Shown here one piece after another: positions 20,531 through 36,031 of a DNA stretch of 64,000 nt. Source of the DNA: Amphiscolops sp. MND2022 (taxonomy: Eukaryota); NCBI GenBank assembly GCA_964187785.1, contig OZ076409.1:71674001-71738000 (forward strand), in the 5' to 3' direction. How positions within the stretch are numbered: the stretch's first letter is position 1; every line of letters starts with the position of its first letter. The notes below the pieces were generated by a model. The model was not told where the DNA came from. It searched no databases and saw only the letters and a list, made by a program, of their open reading frames with translations. Made by a program: the position numbers and the translations under genes.

Positions 20531-23500
20531 GTGGGCGGGGGTAATTCCCCAACAAAAAAATCGGCCGGCGGGTCGGGTCCTGCCGGCCGTCCAAAATCAA
20601 AATCCTCCTAGTAGAAAACGGCATGTCAAACGAGCTATTTTTTTATTTAACCATACGAATTTCACCATTTTTTGCATGCGGCCCTGAAATGGCCATACGA
20701 GACGAAGTTCCTGCTGACGTTTTGCGATGTAAATGTTTTATAAAAAGTTATGGCCGATTTGCCATTCACCTAGAAGGGTAAAATGAGGAAAATTTTAACA
20801 AAGTCGCTGATAACTCAAAATGTGTTAATTTTTGGACTTTGACTGTGAAACAAGCTTGGAACCTTCATTTCGTGGCTGGGGCATTGGACTGAACACAAAA
20901 GATGTAAAGTTTTTACGTTTTTTGAAAATTCGACATTTTTGAAATTTTTTTCACTACTATCAGTACCCCATATGTCAAAAACACCTCAGAAAAAAATTTT
21001 TATTTTCTTTAAATTGGAAACCTTGGTATCCATGGTTTCTGTCGGAACCTACTCGCAGCCAAACACTTAACAGTTTGCATCCAATGTGAAAATAAAATTT
21101 TTTTCGGGGTCATAAGCGTTTCACAAGGATTTCTCAACTTAGTATCTATTTACAAATTGGTCATTTTGAACACATGATTTTCATCGAAGCGTGTCAGATA
21201 CCACCCTAATGCTCACGAATGGGCCTACTGGCAACGTTGGAACCATTTTTAGTAATAGAAAGTATTAAAAAAATATTTTCACCCGGTCTTCAGTCATTTT
21301 TCAGACATTCGGTACTTAACTTAGAAAAATTTCGCATCAAAAACCCATATTTGGTAGGGTCGAAATTTGAAATTCAGTTTTTTATGCAAAATTATTAACT
21401 CTGACGTAACCAGTGGAGCCCATGATACTCAAAATCACGATTGGGACTGGTATCAGTGGCTCCAATAACATATGAGCCGCGATAAGACGTTATTCAGAGC
21501 AAACGCTCTAAATCGAAGTAAACATCTCTGAAGCCTGGGATCACAGTGAAATGTGATATCACCAAAAGTTTACTCTTTTTTGTCAATCACTATGTACACA
21601 GAGTGCGTAGGGTGAGTTTCAGGACTATAATGAGGTTTTTGAAGTAATCGCGCTGCTCAAGGGGTGGTATGAGACTATTTTTTCCCATATACTACTACAT
21701 TTCCATAAATTTGCAGTCCATTGTCTTGGAAAGATAACTTCACAAAAACAATTTTTGTACTCTATTCAGTTATTAGAATAAAGTTGAACACTGTGGTTGA
21801 TCAGAAATGCTCAATTCTTTTGGTTTTTAAAAAAATTCCTTCGCATTCGTTACATTTGTGGAAGGAAGGTTATCAGTAGCTCCAAAAAAAACGAAATTTA
21901 GCACGAACAGACATGCAACGATGCAAAGCAAAAACGTTTTTACAACTTTCGACGTCATTATTTTACCCAAGAAGATTGAAAATATCATTCGCAATGCTGT
22001 CATTCGCTATATATACGATCGCGGTCAATTTACAAACATTTAGATTTCATTGTTCTGCTTGAAAACCAATTTTTGTCAGGTCGAAATTTTAAATTTTGCC
22101 TGGGGAGCAAAACCCTTCACGCTGAAGTAAACAGTGGGGCCCAAGTTACTCAAAAACAAGAAAGAGACTGCTACAATATGTCCTAATAACATATGGACCA
22201 CGATAGTACACTTTTCACACAAAAAACTCTCATCCGAAGTAAATATGTTGAAAGCTTTTAATCACCGTGAGAAGTGATTTCATCAAAAAATAACTCTTTT
22301 TTGTCAATCACTATTTACACAGAATTTGTAAAGTTAGTTTGAGTCATGAAATGAGGCTTTACCGTAATATGGGTTGCTCAAGGTGTTATATAAGACAAAA
22401 ACTTCCTCTTTTCTACTAGCTTCTTCAAATATTTCAACCCTTTGTCACAATAAGTTAATATTCAAAATATCTTTGAAATGTATCTTTATGTTGGGGTGAA
22501 GTCTAAGAACAATAACTATGATCGAAGAATGCTAGTACTGGTGTTTGAACCATGTCCGGATGAACAAATCACAAAATCATCAAAAAATTGTTCCCTTTTT
22601 TGGTTATTTTGGCAGTACTAAAAATGTTAGCTGATAAATAATTTTTTCGATGGCACCATTGGATTCCTCTCAAAAAGTTGGTTATATGACCTGTGTAATA
22701 ACCCCGTATCTTTTCAATTTAAATATATTTAAAAAGCCAACTATTTTGACCAAAATCCTAAAAATCATACCATTTCCTAAAAATTTTCAAATGCACCCCA
22801 TTTGACGTATAAGATAAGCACAGAAAACTATCATTTACCGATCAACTCTACTCCCATTGTAGATTATTAGAATTCTGTTTAGAATGAATTTTGATGGATA
22901 TTAAAAAAATTTTGAACCCTCCAAAAATGGGCCAAAATTACACGAAAAAATTGACCTTAAAATACCAAAATGTCAAAAAATCATCAAAACCACGGCTTCT
23001 TGGGGTTCTATCAACTCCGCGTGGTCCACAGAGTATGCTAAAACAGGATTTACCCGTTTTTGAGCAATATGTGAAAAAGCCGACATTTTTGGGAAAGAAA
23101 AACATACCATTTCCTAAAAAAATTCAAATGCACGTAATTTGCCGTATTAGAATAGCACAGAAAACTATCACATACCAATCAACTCTACTTCCATTGCAGA
23201 TGAACAGAATTTTGTTTAGAATGAATTTTACCGGATAATAAAAAAATTTGAATCCTTCAAAAATGGGCCAAAATTACACGAAAAAATGGACCTTAAAAAT
23301 TTAAAAAGTCAAAAAATCATCAAAACAACAGCTTCTTGGGGTTCTATCAACTCCACGAGGTCCACAGAGTATGCTAAAACAGGTTTTACCCGTTTTTGAG
23401 CAATATGTGAAAAAGCCGACATTTTTGGGAGAGAAAAACATACCATTTCCTAAAAAAATTCAAATGCACGCCATTTGCCGTATGAAAATAGCACAGAAAA

Positions 23501-25305
23501 CTATCACATACCAATCAACTCTACTTTCATTGCAGATGAACAGAATTTTGTTTAGAATAAATTTTACCGGATAATAAAAAAATTAGATTCCTTCTAAAAT
23601 GGGCCAAAATTACACGAAAAAATGGACCTTAAAATTTTAAAATGTCAAAAAATCATCAAAACCACGGCTTCTTGGGGTTCTATCAACTCCACGTGGTCCA
23701 CAGAGTATGCTTTATAGAGAGAATAAAACCCGGTTTTACCCATCTTTGAGCAAAATGTGAAAATACCGACATTTTTGGAAAAGAAAAAAATACCATTTTC
23801 TAATAAATTTCAAATGCACGCCATTTGCTGTATGAGAATAACACAGAAAGCTGTCACATACCGATCAACTCTACTTCCATTGTAGATTATCAGAAGTTTG
23901 TTTAGAATAAATTTTGATGGTTAATAAAAAAAATTGAATCCATGAAAAATGGGCCAAAATTACACGAAAAAATTGACCTTAAAATATCAAAATGTCAAAA
24001 AATCATCAAAACCACAGTTTCTTGGCGTTCTATCAACTCCATATGATACCAAACCAGGTACTGCCAATCGTTTGAGTTATAATAAAAAAACGTCTTTTTT
24101 GGCAAGAATTCCATACCATAAATAATAATCATGTTCCATATAAGAAGCGAATCATTTCAGATATATACCCTGTTCATTTTTTTAATATTACCGATTATTA
24201 ATTTAATAGATGTTTTGAATGTGAGCTTCCTAAAAGGTTCAGGTGTGATGTTACGTAAATAGAACCTTAGTTTCATCGAAATCTCAATTGAATATGTCCA
24301 ATCTTAACCATCAGATAACAAGAAACACTTAAGTACATTCCATCTCCCCATCGGGGGAGATGAGAATGTACTTTCGAGAAGCCAAATACGTCCAACATTC
24401 AAACTTTTGTAACTTTGTATGTAACTCCTGAAACGAAGAAGGAATAAAATTGTTTCTGGTACATACATGAGTCTTTACTTCAGCTTCTATTTCTGCTGAA
24501 CAAAACCATTCGACTCTTTTGCCGGAGTTAAGATCGATTGTATTACCCAGTGAACAAAGGCATGACTGAAAACGTTTACTACTTTGTTCATAATTTTCCG
24601 GCCTTCCGAAATGATGAAACGTCCACATAACTAAGATAGCAAGTGAATGACTGCGAAATGCACCTTATTAGATGAGGTAAATAACGTGTAAAACTCTCCT
24701 TTATCCTAACATGAGGTTGAGTAATGATCATTTGAGAATAGTTTGATATGTGAATACAATAGTATAAAACAAGTACATTTTATATGAATAACGCCGTGGA
24801 AAGCGTTCAGAAAGGACAGTAGGCTTGTTTGGAACATGTATGTGTGGTGTCCCTTGGTGGCGTTCGCTTAGTGTATATGTCGAGGGGTATTCGAGTTGTT
24901 ATGATAGAATTTACACACAAGTCTTTTGTTTTTTGGTTTTTTTAAAATGTCGTTAAGTACCTGCATTCTATCCCCTTCTCAGAGATGACGTGAAGTTACG
25001 TTTGCTAAATAAATGTCATCGAAAGATCACACTCCCGACGAAATTAACTATCTTAACACGTGTTTAGAATTTTAAATAAACAACCGTATAGGATTTTTAT
25101 ATTTCATTGAGTTTGATGAAGTCTTTTGTTCTTCTCACTACTATTTCAACCAATACACATATCCGTTACCATATCACATGTCTCCATTAGTACAACGCCA
25201 CATAGCGTTCCGACGCCCACAGTCTGTGGGCATGCCGAGGCATGCCCTTCGACGACGTATGGCAAATGGAGCCATGCCCGCCGTCTTTACGGCGGTAGCG
25301 GCTAG
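20531..25305 (+). mobile_element. Class D unit (4775 bp)
   Basis: First ~1.3 kb is homologous to class A. It continues with a diverged internal duplication, ~338-bp subrepeats, palindrome P2 and the core. Carries a private 14-bp insertion. Confidence 0.7.
22761..24040 (+). repeat. Internal ~338-bp tandem subrepeat, about 3.7 copies (class D)
   Basis: AAAATGGGCCAAAATTACACG recurs near 22924, 23260, 23597 and 23947. Confidence 0.92.
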
Positions 25306-28300
25306 GTGGGCGGGGGTAATTCCCCTTCAAAAAATTCGGCCGGCGGGTTGGGTCCTGCCGGACGTCAAATAGTGTGAAACATCCAGTAGGAAACGGCGAC
25401 ATAAATCAGCGATTTTAAAATTTAACCGTTAGAATTCGGACTTGGAGTGCATGCGGCCCCAAAATGCCCATACGAATCGAAGTTCCTGCTGACGTTAAGC
25501 GATAAAAACATTTTATAAAAAGTTATGGCCCATTTTACGTTCACCTATAAGGGTAAAATGAGGAAAATTTTTACAAAGTCGCTGATAACTCAAAATACAT
25601 TAATTTTTGGACTTTGACTGTGAAACAAGCTTAGAACCTTCATTTCGTGGCTGTGGCATTGCACTGAACACAAAAGATGTAAAGTTTTTACATTTTTTGA
25701 AAATTCGACATTTTTGATTTTTTTTTCACTACTATCAGTACACTATATGTCAAAAACACCTCTGAAAAAAATCATTATTTGCTTAAAATTGGAAACCTTG
25801 GTATCCATGGTTTCTGTCGGAACCTACTCGCTGCCAAACACCCAACAGTTTGCATCCAATGTGAATTTAAAATTTTTTTCGAGGTCATAAGTGTTTCACA
25901 AGGTTTTCATAACTTAGTATTAAACTACAAACTGGTCATTTTCAACATAATATCTTTGTCGAGGCATGTCGGATATAGTCCTATTGCTCACGAACGGTCC
26001 TACTGGCAACGTAATAACCATTTATAGAAATGTAAAGTTATAAAAAAAATTATCACCCGGTCTTCAGTCATTTTTCAGTCATTCGGAACTTAACTTAGAA
26101 AAATTTCGACCAAAATATCCATTTTTTGTCAGGTCGAAAAATCAAATTCAGATTTTTAAGCAAAATTATTAACTCTGACGTAACGCATGGGGCCCATGAT
26201 ACTCAAAACAACGATTGACACTGGTATGAATGGCTCCAATAACATATGAGTCGCGATAAGACGTTATTTTGAGCATTACGTCTCAATTGAGGTAAAGATC
26301 TCGCAAGCCAGCGATCACTGTGAAATGTGATTTCATCAAAAATTTACTCTTTTTTGTCAATCACTATGTGCACAGAATGCGTAGGGTGCGTTTCAGCACT
26401 ATAATGAGGTTTTTGAAGGCATCGAGTTGCTCAAGGGGTGGTATGAGACATTTTTGTCCTATATACTACTGTATTTTCCAAAATTTTTAGCCCAATATCT
26501 GGAAATACAAACTTGACAAAATACTTTCAACTACTTTATTCAAAGGTTACAATATAGATGAACACTGTGGTTGATCAGAAACTTTCATCTCTTTCGTTTT
26601 CCGAAATATTTCCCTTCGCATGTGTTACATTCGTAGCAGAAAAAAAAATCGAAACTGAAAAATACGCAATTTTGCTAATATAGAATCGCAATGATTGTGC
26701 CTAAAAACTCTTTAAACACTTCTAACGCAAACTTACGCACCCAAAATGTTCGAAAATGCTATTCACAATGGTGACATGTGCTCTTTCTACGATCCTGGCT
26801 GGACAAGGTTTGCATATTTTTCAAGTACCTGTCAGCTAAATCTTGTGATAGCCTTTTCAGTTGGCCTTGTGTCAACTTGGGAAGGCTATCACATCAAAAA
26901 ACCATCAACAAAAATATTTTTTGTTTATTGGATCTTACAGTCGATACTTTTTTTCGTGATTCTATACTACCGTTAGTATATTTCATCAGGTCACCTTACG
27001 ATTGCATTCAGTCTTTGATAAAAACCTATGAACTCAAAGTCACATTTATATATTTTTTTGCCAGAAAATAACATCAAAAATATCTAAAATATATAAAATA
27101 GAGTCTTTAACATTTTTACGTTTCAAGTTTTTGCCGTTATTAGGCCAATCAACGTCCTAGAGCCACATCCTGCCACATAGTGTACAACGCCACATAGTGT
27201 TGCGACGTGCACAGTCTGTGGGCATGCCGAGGCATGCCCTTCGACGACGTATGCCGAATACCGCGGGCCTACGCCCGCGCTCCCCGGCTAGGTGGGCGGG
27301 GGTAATTCCCCAACAAAAAAATCGGCCGGCGGGTCGGGTCCTGCCGGCCGTCCAAAATCAAAATCCTCCTAGTAGAAAACGGCATGTCAAACGAGCTATT
27401 TTTTTATTTAACCATACGAATTTCACCATTTTTTGCATGCGGCCCTGAAATGGCCATACGAGACGAAGTTCCTGCTGACGTTTTGCGATGTAAATGTTTT
27501 ATAAAAAGTTATGGCCGATTTGTCATTCACCTAGAAGGGTAAAATGAGGAAAATTTTAACAAAGTCGCTGATAACTCAAAATGTGGTAATTTTTGGACTT
27601 TGACTGTGAAACAAGCTTGGAACCTTCATTTCGTGGCTGGGGCATTGGACTGAACACAAAAGATGTAAAGTTTTTACGTTTTTTGAAAATTCGACATTTT
27701 TGAAATTTTTTTCACTACTATCAGTACCCCATATGTCAAAAACACCTCAGAAAAATATTTTTATTTGCTTTAAATTGGAAACCTTGGTATCCATGGTTTC
27801 TGTCGGAACCTACTCGCAGCCAAACACCCAACAGTTTGCATCCAATGTGAAAATAAAAATTTTTTCGGGGTCATAAGCGTTTCACAAGGATTTCTCAACT
27901 TAGTATTAATTTACAAAATGGTCATTTTGAACATAATATTTTCATCGAGGCTTGTCGGCTATAGCCTTAATGTTCTAGAACGGTCCCACTGGCAACGTAG
28001 CAACCATTTATAGTAATATAAAAGGTTAAAAAATTTTTTTCACCCGGTCTTCAGTCATTTTTCAGACATTCGGAACATAACTTAGAAAATTTTCGACCCA
28101 AATACCCATTTTTTGTCAGGTCGAAAATTAAAATTCAGCTATTAAAGCAAAATTATTTACTCTGACGTAACCAGTGGGGCCCATGATACTCAAAAACACC
28201 ATTGGCACTGGTACCAATGGCTCCAATAACATATGAGTCGCGATAAGACGTTATTTTGAGCAATACGTCTCAATTGAGGTAAAGATCTCGCAAGCCAGCG

Positions 28301-31270
28301 ATCACTGTGAAATGTAAATTCATTAAAAATTTACTCATTTTCGTCAATCACCATGTGCACAGAGTGCGTAGGGTGAGTTCCAGCACTATAATGAGGTTTT
28401 TGAAGGCATCGGGTTGCTCAAGGGGTGGTATGAGACATTTTTTTCCTATATACTACTGTATTTTCCAAAATTTTTAGCCCAATATCTGGAAATACAAACT
28501 TGACAAAATACTTTCAACTACTTTATTCAAAGGTTACAATATAGATGAACACTGTGGTTGATCAGAAACTTTCATCTCTTTCGTTTTCCGAAATATTTCC
28601 CTTCACATGTGTTATATTTTTAGCAGAATAAAAAATCGAAACTGAAATATACGCTATTTTGCTAATATAGAATCGCAATGATTGTGCCTAAAAACTCTTT
28701 AAACACTTCTAACGCAACCTTACGCACCCGAAATGATCGAAAATGCTATTCACAATTGTGACATGTGCTCTTTCTACGATCCTGGCTGGACAAGGTTTGC
28801 ATATTTTTCAAGTACCTGTCTGCTGAATCTTGTGATAGCCTTTTAAGTTGGCCTTGTGTCAACTTGGGAAGGCTATCACTTCAAACAACCATCAACAAAA
28901 ATAATTTTTGTTTATTGGATATTACAGTTGATACCTTTTTTCGTGATTCTATATTACCGTTAATATATTCCATGAGGTCACCTTACGATTGCATTGAGAC
29001 TTTGATAAAAACCTATGAACTCAAAGTCACATTTATATATTTTTTTGCCCAAAAAAATCATCAAAAACATCTATAATATATAAAATAGAGTCTTTAACAT
29101 TTTTACGTTTCAAGTTTCTGCCGTTATTAAGCCAATCAACTTCCTACAGCCACGCTCTCTGTCATTCTGTACAACGCCACATAGTGTTGCGACGTGCACG
29201 GTCTGTGGGCATGCCGAGGCATGCCCTTCGACGACGTATGCCGAATACCGCGGGCCTACGCCCGCGCTCCCCGGCTAGGTGGGCGGGGGTAATTCCCCAA
29301 CAAAAAAATCGGCCGGCGGGTCGGGTCCTGCCGGCCGTCCAAAATCAAAATCCTCCTAGTAGAAAACGGCATGTCAAACGAGCTATTTTTTTATTTAACC
29401 ATACGAATTTCACCATTTTTTGCATGCGGCCCTGAAATGGCCATACGAGACGAAGTTCCTGCTGACGTTTTGCGATGTAAATGTTTTATAAAAAGTTGTG
29501 GCCGATTTGTCACTTACCAAGAAGGGCAAAATGAGGAAAATTTTTACAAAGTCGCTGATAACTCAAAATGTGTTAATTTTTGGACATTGACTGTGAAACA
29601 AGCTTGGAACCTTCATTTCGTGGCTGTGGCATTGCACTGAACACAAAAGATGTAAAGTTTTTACATTTTTTGAAAATTCGACATTTTTGATTTTTTTTTC
29701 ACTAGTATCAGTACACTATATGTCAAAAACACCTCTGAAAAAAATTTTTATTTGCTCAAATTTAGAAACCTCGGTATCCATGGTTTCCGTCAGTACCTAC
29801 TCGCTGCAAAACGCTCTACAGTTTGCATCCAATGTGGAAATAAAATTTTTTTGGAAGACTTAGGTGTTTCATAAGGATTTCTCAACTTAGTATCAATTTA
29901 CAAATTGGTCATTTTGAACACATTATTTCCATCGAAGCTTGTCGGCTATAGCCTTAATGTTCTAGAACGGTCTCACTGGCAACGTAGGAACCATTTATAG
30001 TAATAGAAAGTTTTAAAAAAATATTTTCACCCGGTCTTCAGTCATTTTTCAGTCATTCGGAACTTAACTTAGAAAAATTTCGACCAAAATACCCATTTTT
30101 TGTCAGGTCGAAAAATCAAAATCAGATTTTTAAGCAAAATTATTAACTCTGACGTAACCCATGGGGCCCATGATACTCAAAACAACGATTGACACTGGTA
30201 TCAATGGCTCCAATAACATATGAGTCGCGATAAGACGTTATTTTGAGCAATATGTCTCAATTAAGTTAAAGATCTCACCAACCAGTGATCACTGTGAAAT
30301 GTAAATTAATTAAAAATTTACTCATTTTCGTCAATCACCATGTGCACAGAGTGCGTAGGGTGAGTTCCAGCACTATAATGAGGTTTTTGAAGGCATCGGG
30401 TTGCTCAAGGGGTGGTATGAGACATTTTTTTCCTATATACTACTGTATTTTCCAAAAGTTTTAGCCCATTATCTGGAAAAACTAACTTGACAAAATACTT
30501 TCAATAACTTTATTCAAAGGTTACAATGTAGATGAACCCAGTGGTTGATCAAAAATTTTCATCTCTTTCGGTTTCCGAAATAATTCCCTTCGAATGTGTT
30601 ACATTTGTAGCAGGAAAAAAACCGAAACTAAAAAATACGCGATTTTGCTGAGATAGAATCGCAATGGTTGCCCCTAAAATCTCTTTAAATACTTCTAACG
30701 CGACCTTATGGACCCAAAATGATTGAAAATGCCATTCACAATGCTGACATGTGCTCTTTCGACGATCCTGGCTAGACAAGTTTTGCATATTTTTCAAGTA
30801 CCTGTTAACTGAATTTTGTGATAGCCTTTTAAGTTGGCCTTGTGTCAACTTGGGAAGGCTATCACATCAAAAAACTTTCATCAAAAATACTTTATGTTTA
30901 TACAATAATGTAGTCGATAGTTATTTTCGTGATTTTACACTACCGTTAGTACCTTCCGCCAGGTCAGCTGACGATTGCATGCTGTCTTTGATAAAAACGT
31001 ATGAACACCAAGAAAATTTTGTTGTATTTTTGTTGAAGAAAAGTATTAATAAATAATAAAAATATAATTCTAACCTTAAACAACTATAAATTTGCTTAAC
31101 CGTTATTAGTCCTACCACCTATCATCAGCCTATGCCATGGCCCGGTGATTAGTAGTACAACGCCACATAAAGTAGCGACGCCCACAGTCTGTGGGCATGC
31201 CGAGGCATGCCCTTCGACGACGTATGGCAATTTTAGCGTAGCCCGCGGTCACTACCGCGGTAGCAGCTAG
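25306..31270 (+). mobile_element. Three class A units (25306-27291, 27292-29278, 29279-31270)
   Basis: 1986, 1987 and 1992 bp. The first two closely match 3377-5358 and 5359-7345. Confidence 0.7.
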
Positions 31271-34200
31271 GTGGGCGGGGGTAATTCCCCTTCAAAAAAT
31301 TCGGCCGGCGGGTTGGGTCCTGCCGGACGTCAAATAGTGTGAAACATCCAGTAGGAAACGGCGACATAAATCAGCGATTTTAAAATTTAACCGTTAGAAT
31401 TCGGACTTGGAGTGCATGCCGCCCCAAAATGCCCATACGAATCGAAGTTCCTGCTGACGTTAAGCGATAAAAACATTTTATAAAAAGTTATGGCCCATTT
31501 TACGTTCACTTAGAGAGGTAAAATGAGGAAAATTTTAACAAAGTCGCTGATAACTCAAAATGTAATAATTTTTGGACTTTGACAGTGAAACAAGCTTGGA
31601 ACTGTCATTTCGTGGCTGTGGCATTGCACTGAACACAAAAGATGTTAAGTTTTCACATTTTTTGAAAATTCGACATTTTTGAATTTTTTTTCACTACTAT
31701 CAGTACACTATATGTCAAAAACGCCTCTGAAAAAAATTTTTATTTGCTTAAAATTAGAAACCTTGGTATCCATGGTTTCCGTCAGTACCTACTCGCTGCC
31801 AAACGCTCAACAGTTTGCATCCAATGTGAAAATATAATTTTTTTCGAGGTCATAGGTGTTTCACAAGGATTTCTCAACTTAGTATCTATTTACAAATTGG
31901 TCATTTTGAACACATTATTTTCATCGAAGCGTGTCAGATACCACCCTAATGCTCACGAATGGGCCTACTCGCAACGTTGGAACCATTTTTAGTAATAGAA
32001 AGTATTAAAAAAATATTTTCACCCGGTCTTCAGTCATTTTTCAGACATTCGGTACTTAACTTAGAAAAATTTCGCATCAAAAACCCATATTTGGTAGGGT
32101 CGAAATTTGAAATTCACTTTTTTATGCAAAATTATTAACTCTGACGTAACCAGTGGAGCCCATGATACTCAAAAACACGATTGGGACTGGTATCAGTGGC
32201 TCCAATAACATATGAGCCGCGATAAGACGTTATTCAGAGCAAACGCTCTAAATCGAAGTAAACATCTCTGAAGCCTGGGATCACAGTGAAATGTGATATC
32301 ACCAAAAGTTTACTCTTTTTTGTCAATCACTATGTACACAGAGTGCGTAGGGTGAGTTTCAGGACTATAATGAGGTTTTTGAAGTAATCGCGCTGCTCAA
32401 GGGGTGGTATGAGACTATTTTTTCCCATATACTACTACATTTCCATAAATTTGCAGTCCATTGTCTTGGAAAGATAACTTCACAAAAACAATTTTTCTAC
32501 TCTATTCAGTTATTAGAATAAAGTTGAACACTGTGGTTGATCAGAAATGCTCAATTCTTTTGGTTTTTAAAAAAATTCCTTCGCATTCGTTACATTTGTG
32601 GAAGGAAGGTTATCAGTAGCTCCAAAAAAAAACGAAATTTAGCACGAACAGACATGCAACGATGCAAAGCAAAAACGTTATTACAACTTCCGACGTCATT
32701 ATTTTACCCAAGAAGATTGAAAATATCATTCGCAATGCTGTCATTCGCTATATATACGATCGCGGTCAATTTACAAACATTTAGATTTCATTGTTCTGCT
32801 TGAAAACCAATTTTTGTCAGGTCGAAATTTTAAATTTTGCCTGGGGAGCAATACCCTTCACGCTGAAGTAAACAGTGGGGCCCAAGTTACTCAAAAACAA
32901 GAAAGAGACTGCTACAATATGTCCTAATAACATATGGACCACGATAGTACGTTTTTCACACAAAAAACTCTCATCCGAAGTAAATATGTTGAAAGCTTTT
33001 AATCACCGTGAGAAGTGATTTCATCAAAAAATAACTCTTTTTTGTCAATCACTATTTACACAGAATTTGTAAAGTTAGTTTGAGTCATGAAATGAGGCTT
33101 TACCGTAATATGGGTTGCTCAAGGTGTTATATAAGACAAAAACTTCCTCTTTTCTACTAGCTTCTTCAAACATTTCAACCCTTTGTCACAATAAGTTAAT
33201 ATTCAAAATCTCTTTGAAATGTATCTTTATGTTGGGGTGAAGTCTAAGAACAATACCTATGATCGAAGAATGCTAGTACTGGTGTTTGAACCATGTCCGG
33301 ATGAACAAATCACAAAATCATCAAAAAATTGTTCCCTTTTTTGGTTATTTTGGCAGTACTAAAAATGTTAGCTAATAAATAATTTTTTAGATGGCACCAT
33401 TGGATTCCTCTCAAAAAGTTGGTTATATGACCTGTGTAATAACCCCGTATCTTTTCAATTTGAATATATTTAAAAAGCCAACTATTTTGACCAAAATCCT
33501 AAAAATCATACCATTTCCTAAAAATTTTCAAATGCACCCCATTTGACGTATAAGATAAGCACAGAAAACTATCATATACCGATCAACTCTACTTCTATTG
33601 TAGATTATTAGAATTTTGTTTAGAATGAATTTTGATGGATATTAAAAAAATTTTGAACCCTCCAAAAATGGGCCAAAATTACACAAAAAAATTGACCTTA
33701 AAATACCAAAATGTCAAAAAATCATCAAAACCACGGCTTCTTGGGGTTCTATCAACTCCGCGTGGTCCACAGAGTATGCTAAAACAGGTTTTACCCGTTT
33801 TTGAGCAATATGTGAAAAAGCCGACATTTTTGGGAAAGAAAAACATACCATATCCTAAAAAAATTCAAATGCACGTCATTTGCCGTATTAGAATAGCACA
33901 GAAAACTATCACATACCAATCAACTCTACTTTCATTGCAGATGACCAGAATTTGTTTAGAATAAATTTTACCGGATAATAAAAAAATTTGAATCCTTCAA
34001 AAATGGGCCAAAATTACACGAAAAAATGGACCTTAAAAATTTAAAATGTCAAAAAATCATCAAAACAACAGCTTCTTGGGGTTCTATCAACTCCACGAGG
34101 TCCACAGAGTATGCTAAAACAGGTTTTACCCGTTTTTGAGCAATATGTGAAAAAGCCGACATTTTTGGGAAAGAAAAACATACCATTTCCTAAAAAAATT

Positions 34201-36031
34201 CAAATGCACGCCATTTGCCGTATGAAAATAGCACAGAAAACTATCACATACCAATCAACTCTACTTTTATTGCAGATGAACAGAATTTTGTTTAGAATAA
34301 ATATTACCGGATAATGAAAAAATTTGATTCCTTCTAAAATGGGCCAAAATTACACGAAAAAATGGACCTTAAAAATTTAAAATGTCAAAAAATCATCAAA
34401 ACCACGGCTTCTTGGGGTTCTATCAACTCCACGTGGTCCACAGAGTATGCTTAACCCGGTTTTACCCATCTTTGAGCAAAATGTGAAAATACCGACATTT
34501 TTGGAAAAGAAAAAAATACCATTTTCTAATAAATATCAAATGCACGCCATTTGCTGTATGAGAATAACACAGAAAGCTGTCACATACCGATCAACTCTAC
34601 TTCCATTGTAGATTATCAGAAGTTTGTTTAGAATAAATTTTGATGGATAATAAAAAAAATTGAATCCATCAAAAATGGGCCAAAATTACACGAAAAAATT
34701 GACCTTAAAATATCAAAATGTCAAAAAATCATCAAAACCACAGTTTCTTGGCGTTCTATCAACTCCATATGATACCAAACCAGGTACTGCCAATCGTTTG
34801 AGTTATAATAAAAAAACGTCTTTTTTGGCAAGAATTCCATACCATAAATAATAATCATGTTCCATATAAGAAACGAATCATTTCAGATATATACCCTGTT
34901 CATTTTTTTAATATTACCGATTATTAATTTAATAGATGTTTTGAATGTGAGCTTCCTAAAAGGTTCAGGTGTGATGATACGTAAATAGAACCTTAGTTTC
35001 ATCGAAATCTCAATTGAATATGTCCAATCTTAACCATCAGATAACAAGAAACACTTAAGTACATTCCATCTCCCCATCGGGGGAGATGAGAATGTACTTT
35101 CGAGAAGCCAAATACGTCCAAAATTCAAACTTTTGTAACTTTGTATGTAACTCCTGAAACGAAGAAGGAATAAAATTGTTTCTGGTACATACATGAGTCT
35201 TTACTTCAGCTTCTATTTCTGCTGAACAAAACCATTCGACTCTTTTGCCGGAGTTAAGATCGATTGTATTACCCAGTGAACAAAGGCATGACTGAAAACG
35301 TTTACTACTTTGTTCATAATTTTCCGGCCTTCCGAAATGATGAAACGTCCACATAACTAAGATAGCAAGTGAATGACTGCGAAATGCACCTTATTAGATG
35401 AGGTAAATAACGTGTAAAACTCTCCTTTATCCTAACATGAGGTTGAGTAATGATCATTTGAGAATAGTTTGATATGTGAATACAATAGTATAAAATAAGT
35501 ACATTTTATATGAATAACGCCGTGGAAAGCGTTCAGAAAGGACAGTAGGCTTGTTTGGAACATGTATGTGTGGTGTCCCTTGGTGGCGTTCGCTTAGTGT
35601 ATATGTCGAGGGGTATTCGAGTTGTTATGATAGAATTTACACACAAGTCTTTTGTTTTTTGGTTTTTTTAAAATGTCGTTAAGTACCTGCATTCTATCCC
35701 CTTCTCAGAGATGACGTGAAGTTACGTTTGCTAAATAAATGTCATCGAAAGATCACACTCCCGACGAAATTAACTATCTTAACACGTGTTTAGAATTTTA
35801 AATAAACAACCGTATAAGATTTTTATATTTCATTGAGTTTGATGAAGTCTTTTGTTCTTCTCACTACTATTTCAACCAATACACATATCCGTTACCATAT
35901 CACATGTCTCCATTAGTACAACGCCACATAGCGTTCCGACGCCCACAGTCTGTGGGCATGCCGAGGCATGCCCTTCGACGACGTATGGCAAATGGAGCCA
36001 TGCCCGCCGTCTTTACGGCGGTAGCGGCTAG
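31271..36031 (+). mobile_element. Class D unit (4761 bp)
   Basis: Colinear with 20531-25305 but with a different head variant. Confidence 0.7.
33501..34766 (+). repeat. Internal ~338-bp tandem subrepeat, about 3.7 copies (class D)
   Basis: Same subrepeat as 22761-24040. Confidence 0.9.
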
